Source: a virus (Duplodnaviria > Caudoviricetes). From it: a DNA stretch of 43,636 nucleotides. The position numbers and the translations under genes are program-made. This document shows positions 1 to 8,197 of this stretch, in pieces. The notes under the pieces were generated by a model. The model was not told where the DNA came from and searched no databases. It worked only from the letters and a program-made list of their open reading frames with translations. The stretch lies in IMG/VR virus record IMGVR_UViG_3300048592_000242, positions 1 to 43,636 of that record. One strand, 5' to 3'. Position 1 is the first letter of the stretch. Each line of letters starts with the position of its first letter.

Positions 1-127
1 CTGCGCGGCATGCTGACGGCCGCCGAGCTGCGCTATGTGCAAGGGCTCTGGACCTCGGTGAACTCGCTCTGGGGCGACGTGGTGGCGCTGCAGCGGGCCA
101 TGTCGGGCCTGCCGCCGGAAAAGGTCG
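1..127. repeat. 127-bp terminal overlap identical to 43510-43636 (circular contig)
   Basis: ctgcgcggcatg...gaaaaggtcg occurs at both ends, and the reading frame continues across the junction. Confidence 0.97.
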
Positions 128-1659
128 AGGCCCAGTCGTTCAAGGTGGTGTCGGCCGATGGTGTGCCGATGGAACTGGAAGGCGGCTACTGGCCGCTGGC
201 CTACGACCGCGACCGTTCGGCCGTGGGCGAGAACCAGACCGGCGAGGACGCGCTGCGCGTGATGATGGGCCAAGGGTTCACGAAGGCAGCCACGCCCAAG
301 GGCTACCAGAAGGCCCGCGTCGCCGAGTTTGAGGCTCCGCTGCAACTGGACTTCGGCGCCGTGCTGTCCCGGCATCTGGACCAAGTGATGACCGACATCG
401 CCTACCGCGGCGCCGTGCGCGACGTGATGTCGCTGCTGAACGACCAGCGCGTGAAAGAGTCGATCCTGGCCAAGCTCGGCCGGCCGGCCTACGACTCGCT
501 GCGGGGCATGGTGTCCTATTCGGTGTCGGGGTCGAGCCGGGTGGCCGGCACGGCGGCGTCTGGCTGGCAGAACCTGGCCGACGGCATCCTGTCGAACATG
601 ACCGTTTCGGCGCTGGCGCTCCGGCCCGACATCGCGCTCGGCAACTACACCTCGCAGTTCGTGCAGGGTCTGGACCGGACCGGGCTCCGGGCGCTGCTGC
701 GCGGCATGTGGCGGACCTATACGCCGGGCCGGGGCGACATGACCGCCGAGATCAAGGCGCTGTCGCCGTTCATGGCCGAGCGCCTGGACGAAACCGACTT
801 CATCTATTCGCAGGAACTGGCCCGGACCCGGCGCGAACGCGGGCTGGGCGCGGCCTACAAGCGCGTGATGATGTCCCTGCACCGCGGCGCCGACCATGAG
901 GTGAGCCGGGCAGTGTGGTGGGGCCGGTTCCAGAATGCGATCGACGCGGGCGAAACGCAGGCCGAGGCCGTGCGCCTGGCAGACAAGACGATCCGCCAGA
1001 CCCAGACCGCGACGGGGCGAAAAGACCTGTCCACGTTCGAGCGCGACCCTGGGTTCCGGCAGTCCCGCCAGTTCATGGGGCCGATGTTCGTCATTTTCGG
1101 GCGCCTGAACGCCGCAGCGCGCGGCCAGGGGCAGGCTCGGACGATTGGCCCGAGGGTGGCCACGTTGATGCTGCAGGTGTTCATGGCGCCCGCCCTGTTC
1201 GCCCTGATGGCCGGCCGCTGGCCCGAGGACGGGGACGACGATGACGACGAGATCGGGCTGAACGAGTGGGCCGTCTGGCTGGCGGCGAACACGGCCATGT
1301 TCCCGCTGCAGACCCTCCCGTTCCTGCGTGACGTGGGCTCGGGCATCGAGTCGGCGCTGACCGGCAACCCGATCAACCCGCGCGCGGCCCCGGTGTCGGC
1401 GGCCGGAGCGAACATCGTCAAGGCCGGGAACTCGATCTGGCAGAACCTCAAGGACTACCAGGAAACCGACGAGATGGACTGGTATCAGATGACGCGCGAC
1501 CTGACCACGATGGCAGCCCCGTTCGTGGCGGCGCCCGCGTCGCAGGTGCGAATCACGACCAAGGCGATCGAGGCGTTCAAGGACAACCCCGACGCCGGGG
1601 CGCTTGAGATGACCTCGATGGCCGTTTACGGCAAGATGCCCCCGACCAGCAGCGAATAA
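1..1659 (+). CDS. C-terminal part of the giant ejection/internal virion protein (continues from 36565 across the junction)
   Basis: Same frame as 36565-43636 via the 127-bp overlap; hydrophobic C-terminal helices; position just before the fibre gene. Confidence 0.88.
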   Translation: MRGMLTAAELRYVQGLWTSVNSLWGDVVALQRAMSGLPPEKVEAQSFKVVSADGVPMELEGGYWPLAYDRDRSAVGENQTGEDALRVMMGQGFTKAATPKGYQKARVAEFEAPLQLDFGAVLSRHLDQVMTDIAYRGAVRDVMSLLNDQRVKESILAKLGRPAYDSLRGMVSYSVSGSSRVAGTAASGWQNLADGILSNMTVSALALRPDIALGNYTSQFVQGLDRTGLRALLRGMWRTYTPGRGDMTAEIKALSPFMAERLDETDFIYSQELARTRRERGLGAAYKRVMMSLHRGADHEVSRAVWWGRFQNAIDAGETQAEAVRLADKTIRQTQTATGRKDLSTFERDPGFRQSRQFMGPMFVIFGRLNAAARGQGQARTIGPRVATLMLQVFMAPALFALMAGRWPEDGDDDDDEIGLNEWAVWLAANTAMFPLQTLPFLRDVGSGIESALTGNPINPRAAPVSAAGANIVKAGNSIWQNLKDYQETDEMDWYQMTRDLTTMAAPFVAAPASQVRITTKAIEAFKDNPDAGALEMTSMAVYGKMPPTSSE

Positions 1660-1688
1660 CACCGCGCGAATAACCCCGGAGAATTGAG

Positions 1689-2348
1689 ATGACCGTCGCC
1701 ACCACCACCGACCGCAACCGCTACGACGGGACGGGATCACAGTCCATTTTCCCGTATACGTTCCCGATACTGCAGGACTCCGACCTTGAGGTGAGGCTGA
1801 TTGATTCGGCCGGCGAGGTGACGGTGCTGGTGCTGGACACCGACTACGAGATGACCGGCGCGGGGACGGATGAAGGCGGCGACGTGGAGATCATCGGGAC
1901 GCTGCCCGCGGCCGACGAGCAAATTTTCCTTATCCGCAAGGTGCCGTACACCCAGCCGACCGACTACAAGAACGAAGGCCGGTTCTTCCCGCGCACGCAC
2001 GAGAAGTCGTTTGACCGGGCGTGCATGCAGATTCAGCAGCTTTCGGCGCGCCTGCCTTTCGCGGGGTCGGTGGCCGGCGATGGTTCGGCGCTCAAGATTC
2101 CCACGGGCTGGTCGGCGGCCAGGACGGGGACCGGCACCTATGAGGTGACGCATGACCTGGACTTCGCGTCGCCGAACGATTACGTCGTGACGGCGACGAC
2201 GTGCGACGGTGACGTGTATTTCGTGATGTCGGTCGAGAAAACCGCCGACACGTTCACGGTCTACGTCGTGGATTCGACGCATAGCTTGGACGACGCCGAC
2301 TTCAACTTCATCCTTGTTCGCGTGGATGAAGGTCAGGGGGCGGCGTAA
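1689..2348 (+). CDS. Short tail fibre/fibre adaptor with T7 gp17-like N-terminal attachment domain
   Basis: MTV...RYDGTGSQSIFPYTF...HEKSFDRACMQIQQL is typical of podovirus fibre N-termini; GGAG RBS; only 219 aa. Confidence 0.8.
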   Translation: MTVATTTDRNRYDGTGSQSIFPYTFPILQDSDLEVRLIDSAGEVTVLVLDTDYEMTGAGTDEGGDVEIIGTLPAADEQIFLIRKVPYTQPTDYKNEGRFFPRTHEKSFDRACMQIQQLSARLPFAGSVAGDGSALKIPTGWSAARTGTGTYEVTHDLDFASPNDYVVTATTCDGDVYFVMSVEKTADTFTVYVVDSTHSLDDADFNFILVRVDEGQGAA

Positions 2349-2367
2349 CTGGCGCGGGGCGTGGGGA

Positions 2368-2396
2368 AGGGCGGCCGGCCACGACCGGCTCGCCCT
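2368..2396. terminator. GC-rich hairpin between convergent late and leftward operons
   Basis: agggcg-gccgg-ccacga-ccggc-t-cgccct inverted repeat; lacks a clean U-tract. Confidence 0.5.
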
Positions 2397-2424
2397 GAAT
2401 TAACGGGCAAATTAACGGGCTGGT

Positions 2425-2616
2425 TTACTTGCCCGCCTGCATCTTCTTGATCTGGTAAACCCGTTGCTTGCTGATGCCGTGCTGCTTGGCGACGCTGGCG
2501 AGCGAGGCGCCCGGCTTGGCTAGGTCGTCCATGACTTGCTGGCGGCGGGCGGCGCGCTCGGAAAGCCACGCCTGCCGGGGCTGGTTGCCATGCTGGTCAG
2601 AACCCGCCGGGGCCAT
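2425..2616 (-). CDS. Small helix-turn-helix DNA-binding protein
   Basis: SLASVAKQHGISKQRVYQI HTH motif; purine-rich RBS inside the end of recT. Confidence 0.7.
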   Translation of the reverse strand: MAPAGSDQHGNQPRQAWLSERAARRQQVMDDLAKPGASLASVAKQHGISKQRVYQIKKMQAGK

Positions 2617-3541
2617 AGCCTTCTTCCTCCTTGTTGTCGGCCTGCGGGTCGCCAGCCGGCATAACCTCGCCTTGGATCACCTCGCCAGTGCCGGTGTCCA
2701 CGGTTTCCGACTGCGCGGCTGCGGCCACGGTTTCGAGTCCGCGGGGACGGCGGGGGCCGGTGGTAGTTGGCGCGGCCGGGCCGGAAAGCTGAGCCGCCGA
2801 TGCCTGCGCGCCGGCCGCCTCCACCTCGTCCTCCTTCGTCACGAGCCGGTTGAACCGTTCGAGCGCGGCGTCATCGTTGTCGTCGGTCAGGGGCAAAACC
2901 TTGAACAGCGCTCGGGCCACGGTCTTTTCGCCCATCTCGGAAGTCCATTTGTCCCAGACCGCTTTCGTCTGGGCCACGTCGCGGCGCTTGTTGATCTGCG
3001 CCATGTCGTACACGAGCCGGTACTTCTGGTTGTCCCGCAGGCGCGTGGCGATGGCGTAGGCGCCGATCAGGGCGCCGCGTTCTTGGCCCAGCCGGGGCGG
3101 CTTGTGGCTGATTGATTCCACGTCACCGCATTCGTAGTCGAAGGCGTCGTTTTCGTAGACCGAGCGCGCGATCAGGTCGAACCCGAACTCCGACGCGAGT
3201 TTGCGAAGGCCGCCGATCATGTCGCGGAACTGGGCGGTCTTGACCCAGACATCGCGGCCGGCGCCGTCCTTGCGCTTCTCGTTCACGATGACGATGGCGC
3301 CCTCGCGCTTGTCCGGCATGAGGCCCAACTGGGCGCCACGCAGGCAGGCGTTGTAGACCGACTGGCGGTCCACCTGCTGGTCGAGCAGTTCCGGCATGTT
3401 CTGCAGCGCGTTCATCACGACGCGCGTGAACCTGGCGGGGTCCACGCCGGGCGGTAGCGATGCCTCAATCTGCGGGCGCATGCGCTCGATGTTGGCCACG
3501 AGGTCGGCCTTGGCTTCTCGTACAACGACGGCGGTGTTCAC
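2597..3541 (-). CDS. recT: RecT-family single-strand annealing protein
   Basis: QIEASLP..RFTRVVMNA, GAQLGLMP, VYENDAFDY, W....EMGEKTVARALFKVLPL; same operon as a YqaJ exonuclease. Confidence 0.92.
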   Translation of the reverse strand: MNTAVVVREAKADLVANIERMRPQIEASLPPGVDPARFTRVVMNALQNMPELLDQQVDRQSVYNACLRGAQLGLMPDKREGAIVIVNEKRKDGAGRDVWVKTAQFRDMIGGLRKLASEFGFDLIARSVYENDAFDYECGDVESISHKPPRLGQERGALIGAYAIATRLRDNQKYRLVYDMAQINKRRDVAQTKAVWDKWTSEMGEKTVARALFKVLPLTDDNDDAALERFNRLVTKEDEVEAAGAQASAAQLSGPAAPTTTGPRRPRGLETVAAAAQSETVDTGTGEVIQGEVMPAGDPQADNKEEEGYGPGGF

Positions 3542-3735
3542 GGGGTCGGCTCCTTGATGGCGGATTCGATGGGGACGCCGGCCTGCAGCGCGTCCACGAG
3601 TTCCTGCTGGGTGGGGACGGTGGCGGTGATCTCGGGCTTGATGGAATCGCGGACGAACTTCTCGGCGCCGGCTCGGGTGTGGGCTTTCACGAGGCGGTCG
3701 GCGGCGCCTGCGGTTTCGACAAGGTAAATCTTCAT
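3538..3735 (-). CDS. Hypothetical protein, 65 aa
   Basis: ATGA overlap with recT; GGAGG RBS. Confidence 0.8.
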   Translation of the reverse strand: MKIYLVETAGAADRLVKAHTRAGAEKFVRDSIKPEITATVPTQQELVDALQAGVPIESAIKEPTP

Positions 3736-3768
3736 GTGGTGCGGCCCTCCTGGGCGGTGGTGGTGTGG

Positions 3769-4521
3769 TTAATGGATAGTTGCTTTTTCGCCAAGAACTT
3801 GAATCATTTGCCGGCAGTCATACCCGTCGTGGACAATTTCGCCAAGTTCTCTCTTTCCTACAAGGTGCGGCCTAACAATCACTAGTCCGCCAGATGCAAT
3901 TCTGCGGACGTGGCCGCGGCGCCAGTGAAGGCGAACCCCGGTTCTTCCGAACTTCGTCTCATCGGAAAAGTGCCGTTCTTTTATTGTCACTACATTGTGC
4001 TTTATCAGCGGCGGGCGTCCGTTCTTTTCTCGCTTTTTATTTATCGCGGCCGGCGGGTATGTTTCGCTAATGTCCGCCATACCTGACGATAGAAGCCCCA
4101 ACCATTTATACAAGATTCCGGCTATGCCTCCGGTAAATTCCGTATCAAACAGATGCTCTATCCCTATGACGGGTGAAATGCCAAGTCTCCCCGGCTCACT
4201 GGAAAGCGCAAAGACAATGTTTTGAATATTCGCATCATTGTCTGCAACAAAACAGTTAAGGCCAACGCCGCACTTTTCTCCATTTTCGCCGGCATGAAAT
4301 GTGCATAGCATAAGGATTGAAAATTCATTGGCTTTGGCAAAAAATGCGGTACTAAAATACGGTAGGAAAATAATCCCTGACGCTGCTAGTTGGCCACCAA
4401 AATCGGCCGCCTCGTCAGGCACTTTTTTTGGGTCCGGCATTTTGAATACGGTAGCGCCGTCCTTAGCTGCGGCGGCAATTATTTTTTCAAAATGTCTTTT
4501 TACTATTTTTTGATTTGACAT
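3769..4521 (-). CDS. Low-GC hypothetical protein with C-terminal H-W-R-R-G-H motif (probable acquired gene)
   Basis: 250-aa ORF coupled to the exonuclease stop; visibly AT-rich; RLHWRRGHVRR...VRPHLVG. Confidence 0.75.
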   Translation of the reverse strand: MSNQKIVKRHFEKIIAAAAKDGATVFKMPDPKKVPDEAADFGGQLAASGIIFLPYFSTAFFAKANEFSILMLCTFHAGENGEKCGVGLNCFVADNDANIQNIVFALSSEPGRLGISPVIGIEHLFDTEFTGGIAGILYKWLGLLSSGMADISETYPPAAINKKREKNGRPPLIKHNVVTIKERHFSDETKFGRTGVRLHWRRGHVRRIASGGLVIVRPHLVGKRELGEIVHDGYDCRQMIQVLGEKATIH

Positions 4522-5474
4522 CACTTGGCCTTCTTCACCGACACGCGAACATTTCTGAACCCCGCCCGCGTATACGCCTTGATCTCGGCCGGCCCGGTCA
4601 GGCCAGCCGAAACGGAGTAGCCATCCACGAGAACCTTCTCGGCGTCGCCGATAGCCAAAAGCAGATCGGCCTTGCGAACCTGCTTTTCTTCCTCGGCGTC
4701 CTTCGCCAACCGGGACGCCTCGGCGTACTCCTGAACGGCCGCGATCACCTCGGGGTTCGACCGCGCGTCGAGCAGCTTGCCCGGCGCGGCGTACTGGTTC
4801 AGGGCGATCACGGCCTGCGCGTCGTCGGGCATCACCGGGTCCGGCGCGCGACCGGCGTCAAGGTCGGCCCAGAACTGGCGGGCCGCGGTCAGGATGCCGG
4901 CGTGAACCTGGGGGTCGGCCGTGCGCTCGATCACCTCGATCCGGTTGCCGCCGACCAGCACGCCGATGTACGCGCGGGCCAGTCCCGACACGAGCATCTG
5001 ATGCTGCACCTGCAGTTCGATGTGCGCGGGCGCTTCGATGAAATCATCCTCGATGGTCCAGCCGTCGCGGAAGGCGAGGAAGTCCACGCATTTGATTTCG
5101 AGGATGGCGAGCCGGTCGGGCGATTGCGGAAAAATCGGCGGCTCGGGCCGGTCGAAGCGATTGATGGCGTAGTCGAACGATGCGCCAAGCCGCGCGTCGG
5201 GCAGGCGCATGTAGTCCTTGAACGGCGCGATGCACCAACCCATGTCGTCGGCGATGCCGTGCGCGACGGCCATTTCTAACCGCCGCCCCCACGCCATGCG
5301 CGGGTTATCCGCGAGGCGGACCACCTCGGCATCGCGTTTCTGGTGCCACAACTCGAACTTCGTCTTGTACGGCGACAGGCCGAACAGTGCAGCCACGTCC
5401 GTCGAGGTCAGGTCTTGCGTTCGCAACTGTAGCCAGTGGGCTTCGTCGCGGGGCGTAATCGTCTGGCGTTCCAT
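4521..5474 (-). CDS. YqaJ/lambda-exonuclease-family recombination nuclease
   Basis: WLQLR..DLTSTDVAALFGLSPY, ASFDY, LEIKC, QVQHQM; RBS gagagggg before ATG 5474. Confidence 0.92.
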   Translation of the reverse strand: MERQTITPRDEAHWLQLRTQDLTSTDVAALFGLSPYKTKFELWHQKRDAEVVRLADNPRMAWGRRLEMAVAHGIADDMGWCIAPFKDYMRLPDARLGASFDYAINRFDRPEPPIFPQSPDRLAILEIKCVDFLAFRDGWTIEDDFIEAPAHIELQVQHQMLVSGLARAYIGVLVGGNRIEVIERTADPQVHAGILTAARQFWADLDAGRAPDPVMPDDAQAVIALNQYAAPGKLLDARSNPEVIAAVQEYAEASRLAKDAEEEKQVRKADLLLAIGDAEKVLVDGYSVSAGLTGPAEIKAYTRAGFRNVRVSVKKAK

Positions 5475-5506
5475 GTGTTCCCCTCTCATCTCGCAACGCC
5501 CTTCGC

Positions 5507-5523
5507 GTTGCGTTATCCGCAAC
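5507..5523. promoter_or_regulatory. Palindromic operator GTTGCG-N5-CGCAAC, copy 1
   Basis: gttgcg ttatc cgcaac; same arms at 5798 and 12216. Confidence 0.8.
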
Positions 5524-5550
5524 CTTACGCCCCTGATTTCTGGCCGTCAA
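5522..5550 (-). promoter_or_regulatory. Leftward sigma70-like promoter for the recombination operon
   Basis: Minus strand TTGACG-17 nt-TAAGGT. Confidence 0.7.
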
Positions 5551-5570
5551 GTGTTTTACTTCTTGGCCGC

Positions 5571-5599
5571 TTGCGGCCCACGCCCGGTAGGCGTATGTT
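5571..5599 (+). promoter_or_regulatory. Rightward sigma70-like promoter in front of the structured intergenic RNA
   Basis: TTGCGG-17 nt-TATGTT. Confidence 0.55.
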
Positions 5600-5602
5600 C
5601 AA

Positions 5603-5781
5603 GCTGCGACCTACGGGGCGCGGATAAGCGGGGAGAGTCCTGGCCGAAGGACTGTGACGGTTTATCCCCCGCAGCCAGGGGTCCGGTCATTGCCGCGTTG
5701 CGGCGGGGCGCGTTTCACGTCCTACTCCTGCCGGATCGACCTAGCCGGGTGGCCCCCTCGTGAAAGGGGCCGGTTTATCCC
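5603..5781 (+). ncRNA. Putative structured small RNA or leader
   Basis: Nested stems gctgcg/cgcagc, c-UACG-g tetraloop, ggataagc/gtttatcc, agtcct/aggact, ggtccgg/ccggatc, gccgc/gcggc, ggcccc/ggggcc; upstream promoter; no convincing ORF. Confidence 0.5.
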
Positions 5782-5786
5782 GACGC

Positions 5787-5816
5787 TTGACAACCACGTT
5801 GCGCTTCCCGCAACAT
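5787..5816 (+). promoter_or_regulatory. Promoter of the Cro-like gene, overlapped by operator copy 2 (5798-5814)
   Basis: TTGACA-18 nt-CAACAT containing gttgcg cttcc cgcaac. Confidence 0.7.
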
Positions 5817-5822
5817 CGGCCC

Positions 5823-6065
5823 ATGAGCAAACTGACTCCCGGCGATCTGGTCAACCAACTTCTCACGCAGGCCGAAGTGGCGCGCGTGTGCGGCGTTTCC
5901 CGCGTCACAGTCTGGCGCTGGTGCCAGCCCCGACCGGAAGGGACTGGCGGCCGTGTGCCGGAGCCCTACCACGAGGCCATCGTGAAACTTGCCCGCGCGG
6001 AAGGTATCGAACTGGCGGCCGAGGAACTGCACCTAGGCCGGGCCAAGAAAAGGCGGGCGGCGTGA
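5823..6065 (+). CDS. Cro-like HTH transcriptional regulator (80 aa)
   Basis: TQAEVARVCGVSRVTVWRW...GTGGRVP; no peptidase domain. Confidence 0.85.
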   Translation: MSKLTPGDLVNQLLTQAEVARVCGVSRVTVWRWCQPRPEGTGGRVPEPYHEAIVKLARAEGIELAAEELHLGRAKKRRAA

Positions 6066-6583
6066 AAACCATCTTCCTGTCCGCCGGCCATTCCACTACC
6101 GACCCCGGCGCCACGGCGTTCGGGCGGACCGAGGCCCAGATCGTCGCTGACTTCCGAAACATGCTGGCCCACTACCTTGCGGCGGCCGGCGTCACGTTCC
6201 AGACCGACGGCACCGGGCAGGAGAACCTGCCGCTGCGCGAGGCGGTCAAGCTGGCGGCCCGTCATCCCATCGCCGTCGAGTTCCACCTCAACGCAGCCGG
6301 CACGCCCAAGGCGACCGGCGTGGAAACGCTGTCCGGCCCGGCGAACAAGGACCTGGGCGCCCGCATCTGCGCCGCCGTGGCCCGCGTGCTGGACATCAAG
6401 AACCGCGGCGCCAAGCCCGAGAACGCCGGCCAGCATCACCGCCTGGCGTTCGTGCAGGCCGGGGGCATCATCGTGGAACTGTTCTTCCTGACCAACCCGG
6501 CTGACCTGCTGATCTACGAGACGAAGAAGTGGCTCGTGGCGCGGGCCGTGGCCGAGGTGCTGATTGCGGAGGCGGGGGCGTGA
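6062..6583 (+). CDS. Endolysin, N-acetylmuramoyl-L-alanine amidase (Amidase_3 type)
   Basis: IFLSAGH..DPGA..TE, VEFHLNA, GVETL, IVELFFLTN; GTGA overlap with the Cro-like gene. Confidence 0.92.
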   Translation: MKTIFLSAGHSTTDPGATAFGRTEAQIVADFRNMLAHYLAAAGVTFQTDGTGQENLPLREAVKLAARHPIAVEFHLNAAGTPKATGVETLSGPANKDLGARICAAVARVLDIKNRGAKPENAGQHHRLAFVQAGGIIVELFFLTNPADLLIYETKKWLVARAVAEVLIAEAGA

Positions 6584-6587
6584 TTGC

Positions 6588-6628
6588 GTCCGGGGTTAGC
6601 GGGGTTCAACCCGTTACCGGAACCGGAC
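6588..6628 (+). terminator. Stem-loop after the endolysin
   Basis: gtccgg...tagcggg-gttcaa-cccgtta...ccggac; no U-tract. Confidence 0.35.
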
Positions 6629-6693
6629 AAACCGACCCCGCGCAGGCCGCCATGCGGTATTATCAGGCCACCGTCACCGTTGAGGGCTGGGCC

Positions 6694-7068
6694 ATGCGAA
6701 CCGCCAGGAAGTTGTCGCCAGTGGGGTCGGCGATTCTGATGCTCGGGTTGCTGCTGATTGCCGTCGCGTTCGCGGTCCCTGCCTACGCTCAAGCCGGACA
6801 CCTCGCCGGGCCGCCGGCCGTCAGTTGGACCTTCTGGGTCAACCTCGCGTTTGGCGTCCTGTTGGCCGTCGTGGGCGCCTACGTCAAGGGCCAGAACGGC
6901 AGGCTGGAAAAGCTCGAGAACAACTACGCGGCCCTGCACCAGATGGTGCTGCGTGACTACCATTCCAAGCACGACCTCGCCGACATCCTGGCTGAGATCA
7001 AGTCGTCGGTGAAGGCGTTGCACCATCGGTTCGACGCCATCCTTGACGCGGGGAAACGCAATGGCTGA
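6694..7068 (+). CDS. Membrane protein of the lysis cassette (signal/TM segments plus coiled coil)
   Basis: Two hydrophobic stretches, AYA-QA signal-like site; start uncertain (6652 is an alternative). Confidence 0.6.
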   Translation: MRTARKLSPVGSAILMLGLLLIAVAFAVPAYAQAGHLAGPPAVSWTFWVNLAFGVLLAVVGAYVKGQNGRLEKLENNYAALHQMVLRDYHSKHDLADILAEIKSSVKALHHRFDAILDAGKRNG

Positions 7069-7360
7069 CGGCGTTCCGAACGACCAGGATCTGGCTCGGT
7101 TCGTTCGGGCCGTCGAGCAGTTGGATTCGGTGCTGACACGCACGGGCTCGAACTCGGGGAACCAGTCCACGATCACGCTCAACGCGGGCGGCGCCGCTGT
7201 CTGGGTTGCCGTATCGGCCTGCGCCGTGATGCTCGCCATGAACTGCGCGTTGATGGTATTGCTTGTGAATCACGACCGAAAGATTGACGACATGGAGCAT
7301 TACATAAACGCCATTTATCAGGCCGCCCCGCAACTTCGTCAAGAAGAACGAGCGAACTGA
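7061..7360 (+). CDS. Single-TM membrane protein of the lysis cassette
   Basis: Hydrophobic AVWVAVSACAVMLAMNCALMVLLV; overlaps upstream stop. Confidence 0.65.
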   Translation: MADGVPNDQDLARFVRAVEQLDSVLTRTGSNSGNQSTITLNAGGAAVWVAVSACAVMLAMNCALMVLLVNHDRKIDDMEHYINAIYQAAPQLRQEERAN

Positions 7361-7851
7361 CCGTAGTATATTTTTGCAGCCCCGCAATACGCGGCGTGCG
7401 CTTCTTCTGCGGTTTGAAAGGTTCCAAGGCTTTTGGTTTTCCCATTAACGCGAATGCAGGAGCGAAACCTAGAAAGGCGGGTGTCGAAGTAAACTCCTTT
7501 GTATCCCGTCTTGTTTGTGGTTGGGCGTTTAACGTTCCTCATGTTTTCAGTTTTTGTTGCAAGACGAAGGTTCTTGATGGAGTTGTCGTCTCGGCTTCCG
7601 TTGATGTGGTCGATCTGAAATGCGCCAGGATCTTCGCCGGTCACATATAGCCAGGCGACTCGGTGCGCCAAGTAGATGCAGCGATCAATAGAAATGGTGC
7701 GGTAGCGGCGGGCATCAGTAGCGGTACCGGCAACGGCTCCAGCAGGGCATCGCTGCGCTACTTGAACCGCCCAGCGAAATACGCCAGTCTCTGGGTCGTA
7801 GTTGAGCAGTTCTCGGACTCTTGATGCAGGCGGTAGCGGTTTAATTTTCAT
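7339..7851 (-). CDS. Free-standing HNH homing endonuclease with AP2-like C-terminal domain
   Basis: RELLNYDPETGVFRW, YLAHRVAW, IDHINGSRDDNSIKNLRLA, TGYKGV...LGTFQTAEEAHAAY; lower GC; antisense to cassette. Confidence 0.93.
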   Translation of the reverse strand: MKIKPLPPASRVRELLNYDPETGVFRWAVQVAQRCPAGAVAGTATDARRYRTISIDRCIYLAHRVAWLYVTGEDPGAFQIDHINGSRDDNSIKNLRLATKTENMRNVKRPTTNKTGYKGVYFDTRLSRFRSCIRVNGKTKSLGTFQTAEEAHAAYCGAAKIYYGQFARSS

Positions 7852-7879
7852 GTGTGTACTATAAGCCGGAGAATCATAT

Positions 7880-8197
7880 ATGGCTACCCCGATCATCATC
7901 ACCCCCGTCCCGACCCCGCCGACGCCGACGCCCCCGACCAAACCCAAGAAGATCGAGATGGTCGAGGACGCCTGGCTCTGGGCGCACAAGTGGTCCACCT
8001 GGCTCGCCGTGCTGTCGGCATCGGCTGCTGCCGGGCTGGCCGCCTACGCCATCATGCCGCTGCGCGTGCAGAACCTGATGCCCGACTGGGCGCTGGCGAC
8101 CCTGGGCGGCGTGGCCATCGTGTCGGCGCTGCTGGTGCCGCTGGCCACGTCGGTCAAGCAGAAGAAGCTCGTGGCTCGCGTGGAGTCGGGCGAGTGA
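7880..8197 (+). CDS. Putative holin (2 TM)
   Basis: VEDAW.WAHKWSTW, two TM segments, basic tail; GGAG RBS; precedes spanins. Confidence 0.75.
   Translation: MATPIIITPVPTPPTPTPPTKPKKIEMVEDAWLWAHKWSTWLAVLSASAAAGLAAYAIMPLRVQNLMPDWALATLGGVAIVSALLVPLATSVKQKKLVARVESGE

Noticed and set aside
10-1659. Independent 549-aa gene as given in the ORF track
   Set aside because: The frame continues upstream across the circular junction to 36565
1689-2420. Diversity-generating retroelement as in BPP-1
   Set aside because: No reverse transcriptase ORF, and I saw no template/variable repeat pair differing at adenines
5630-5655. Glycine riboswitch (GGAGAG...CCGAAGG resemblance)
   Set aside because: The downstream CUCUCAGG element is missing and the gene context does not fit
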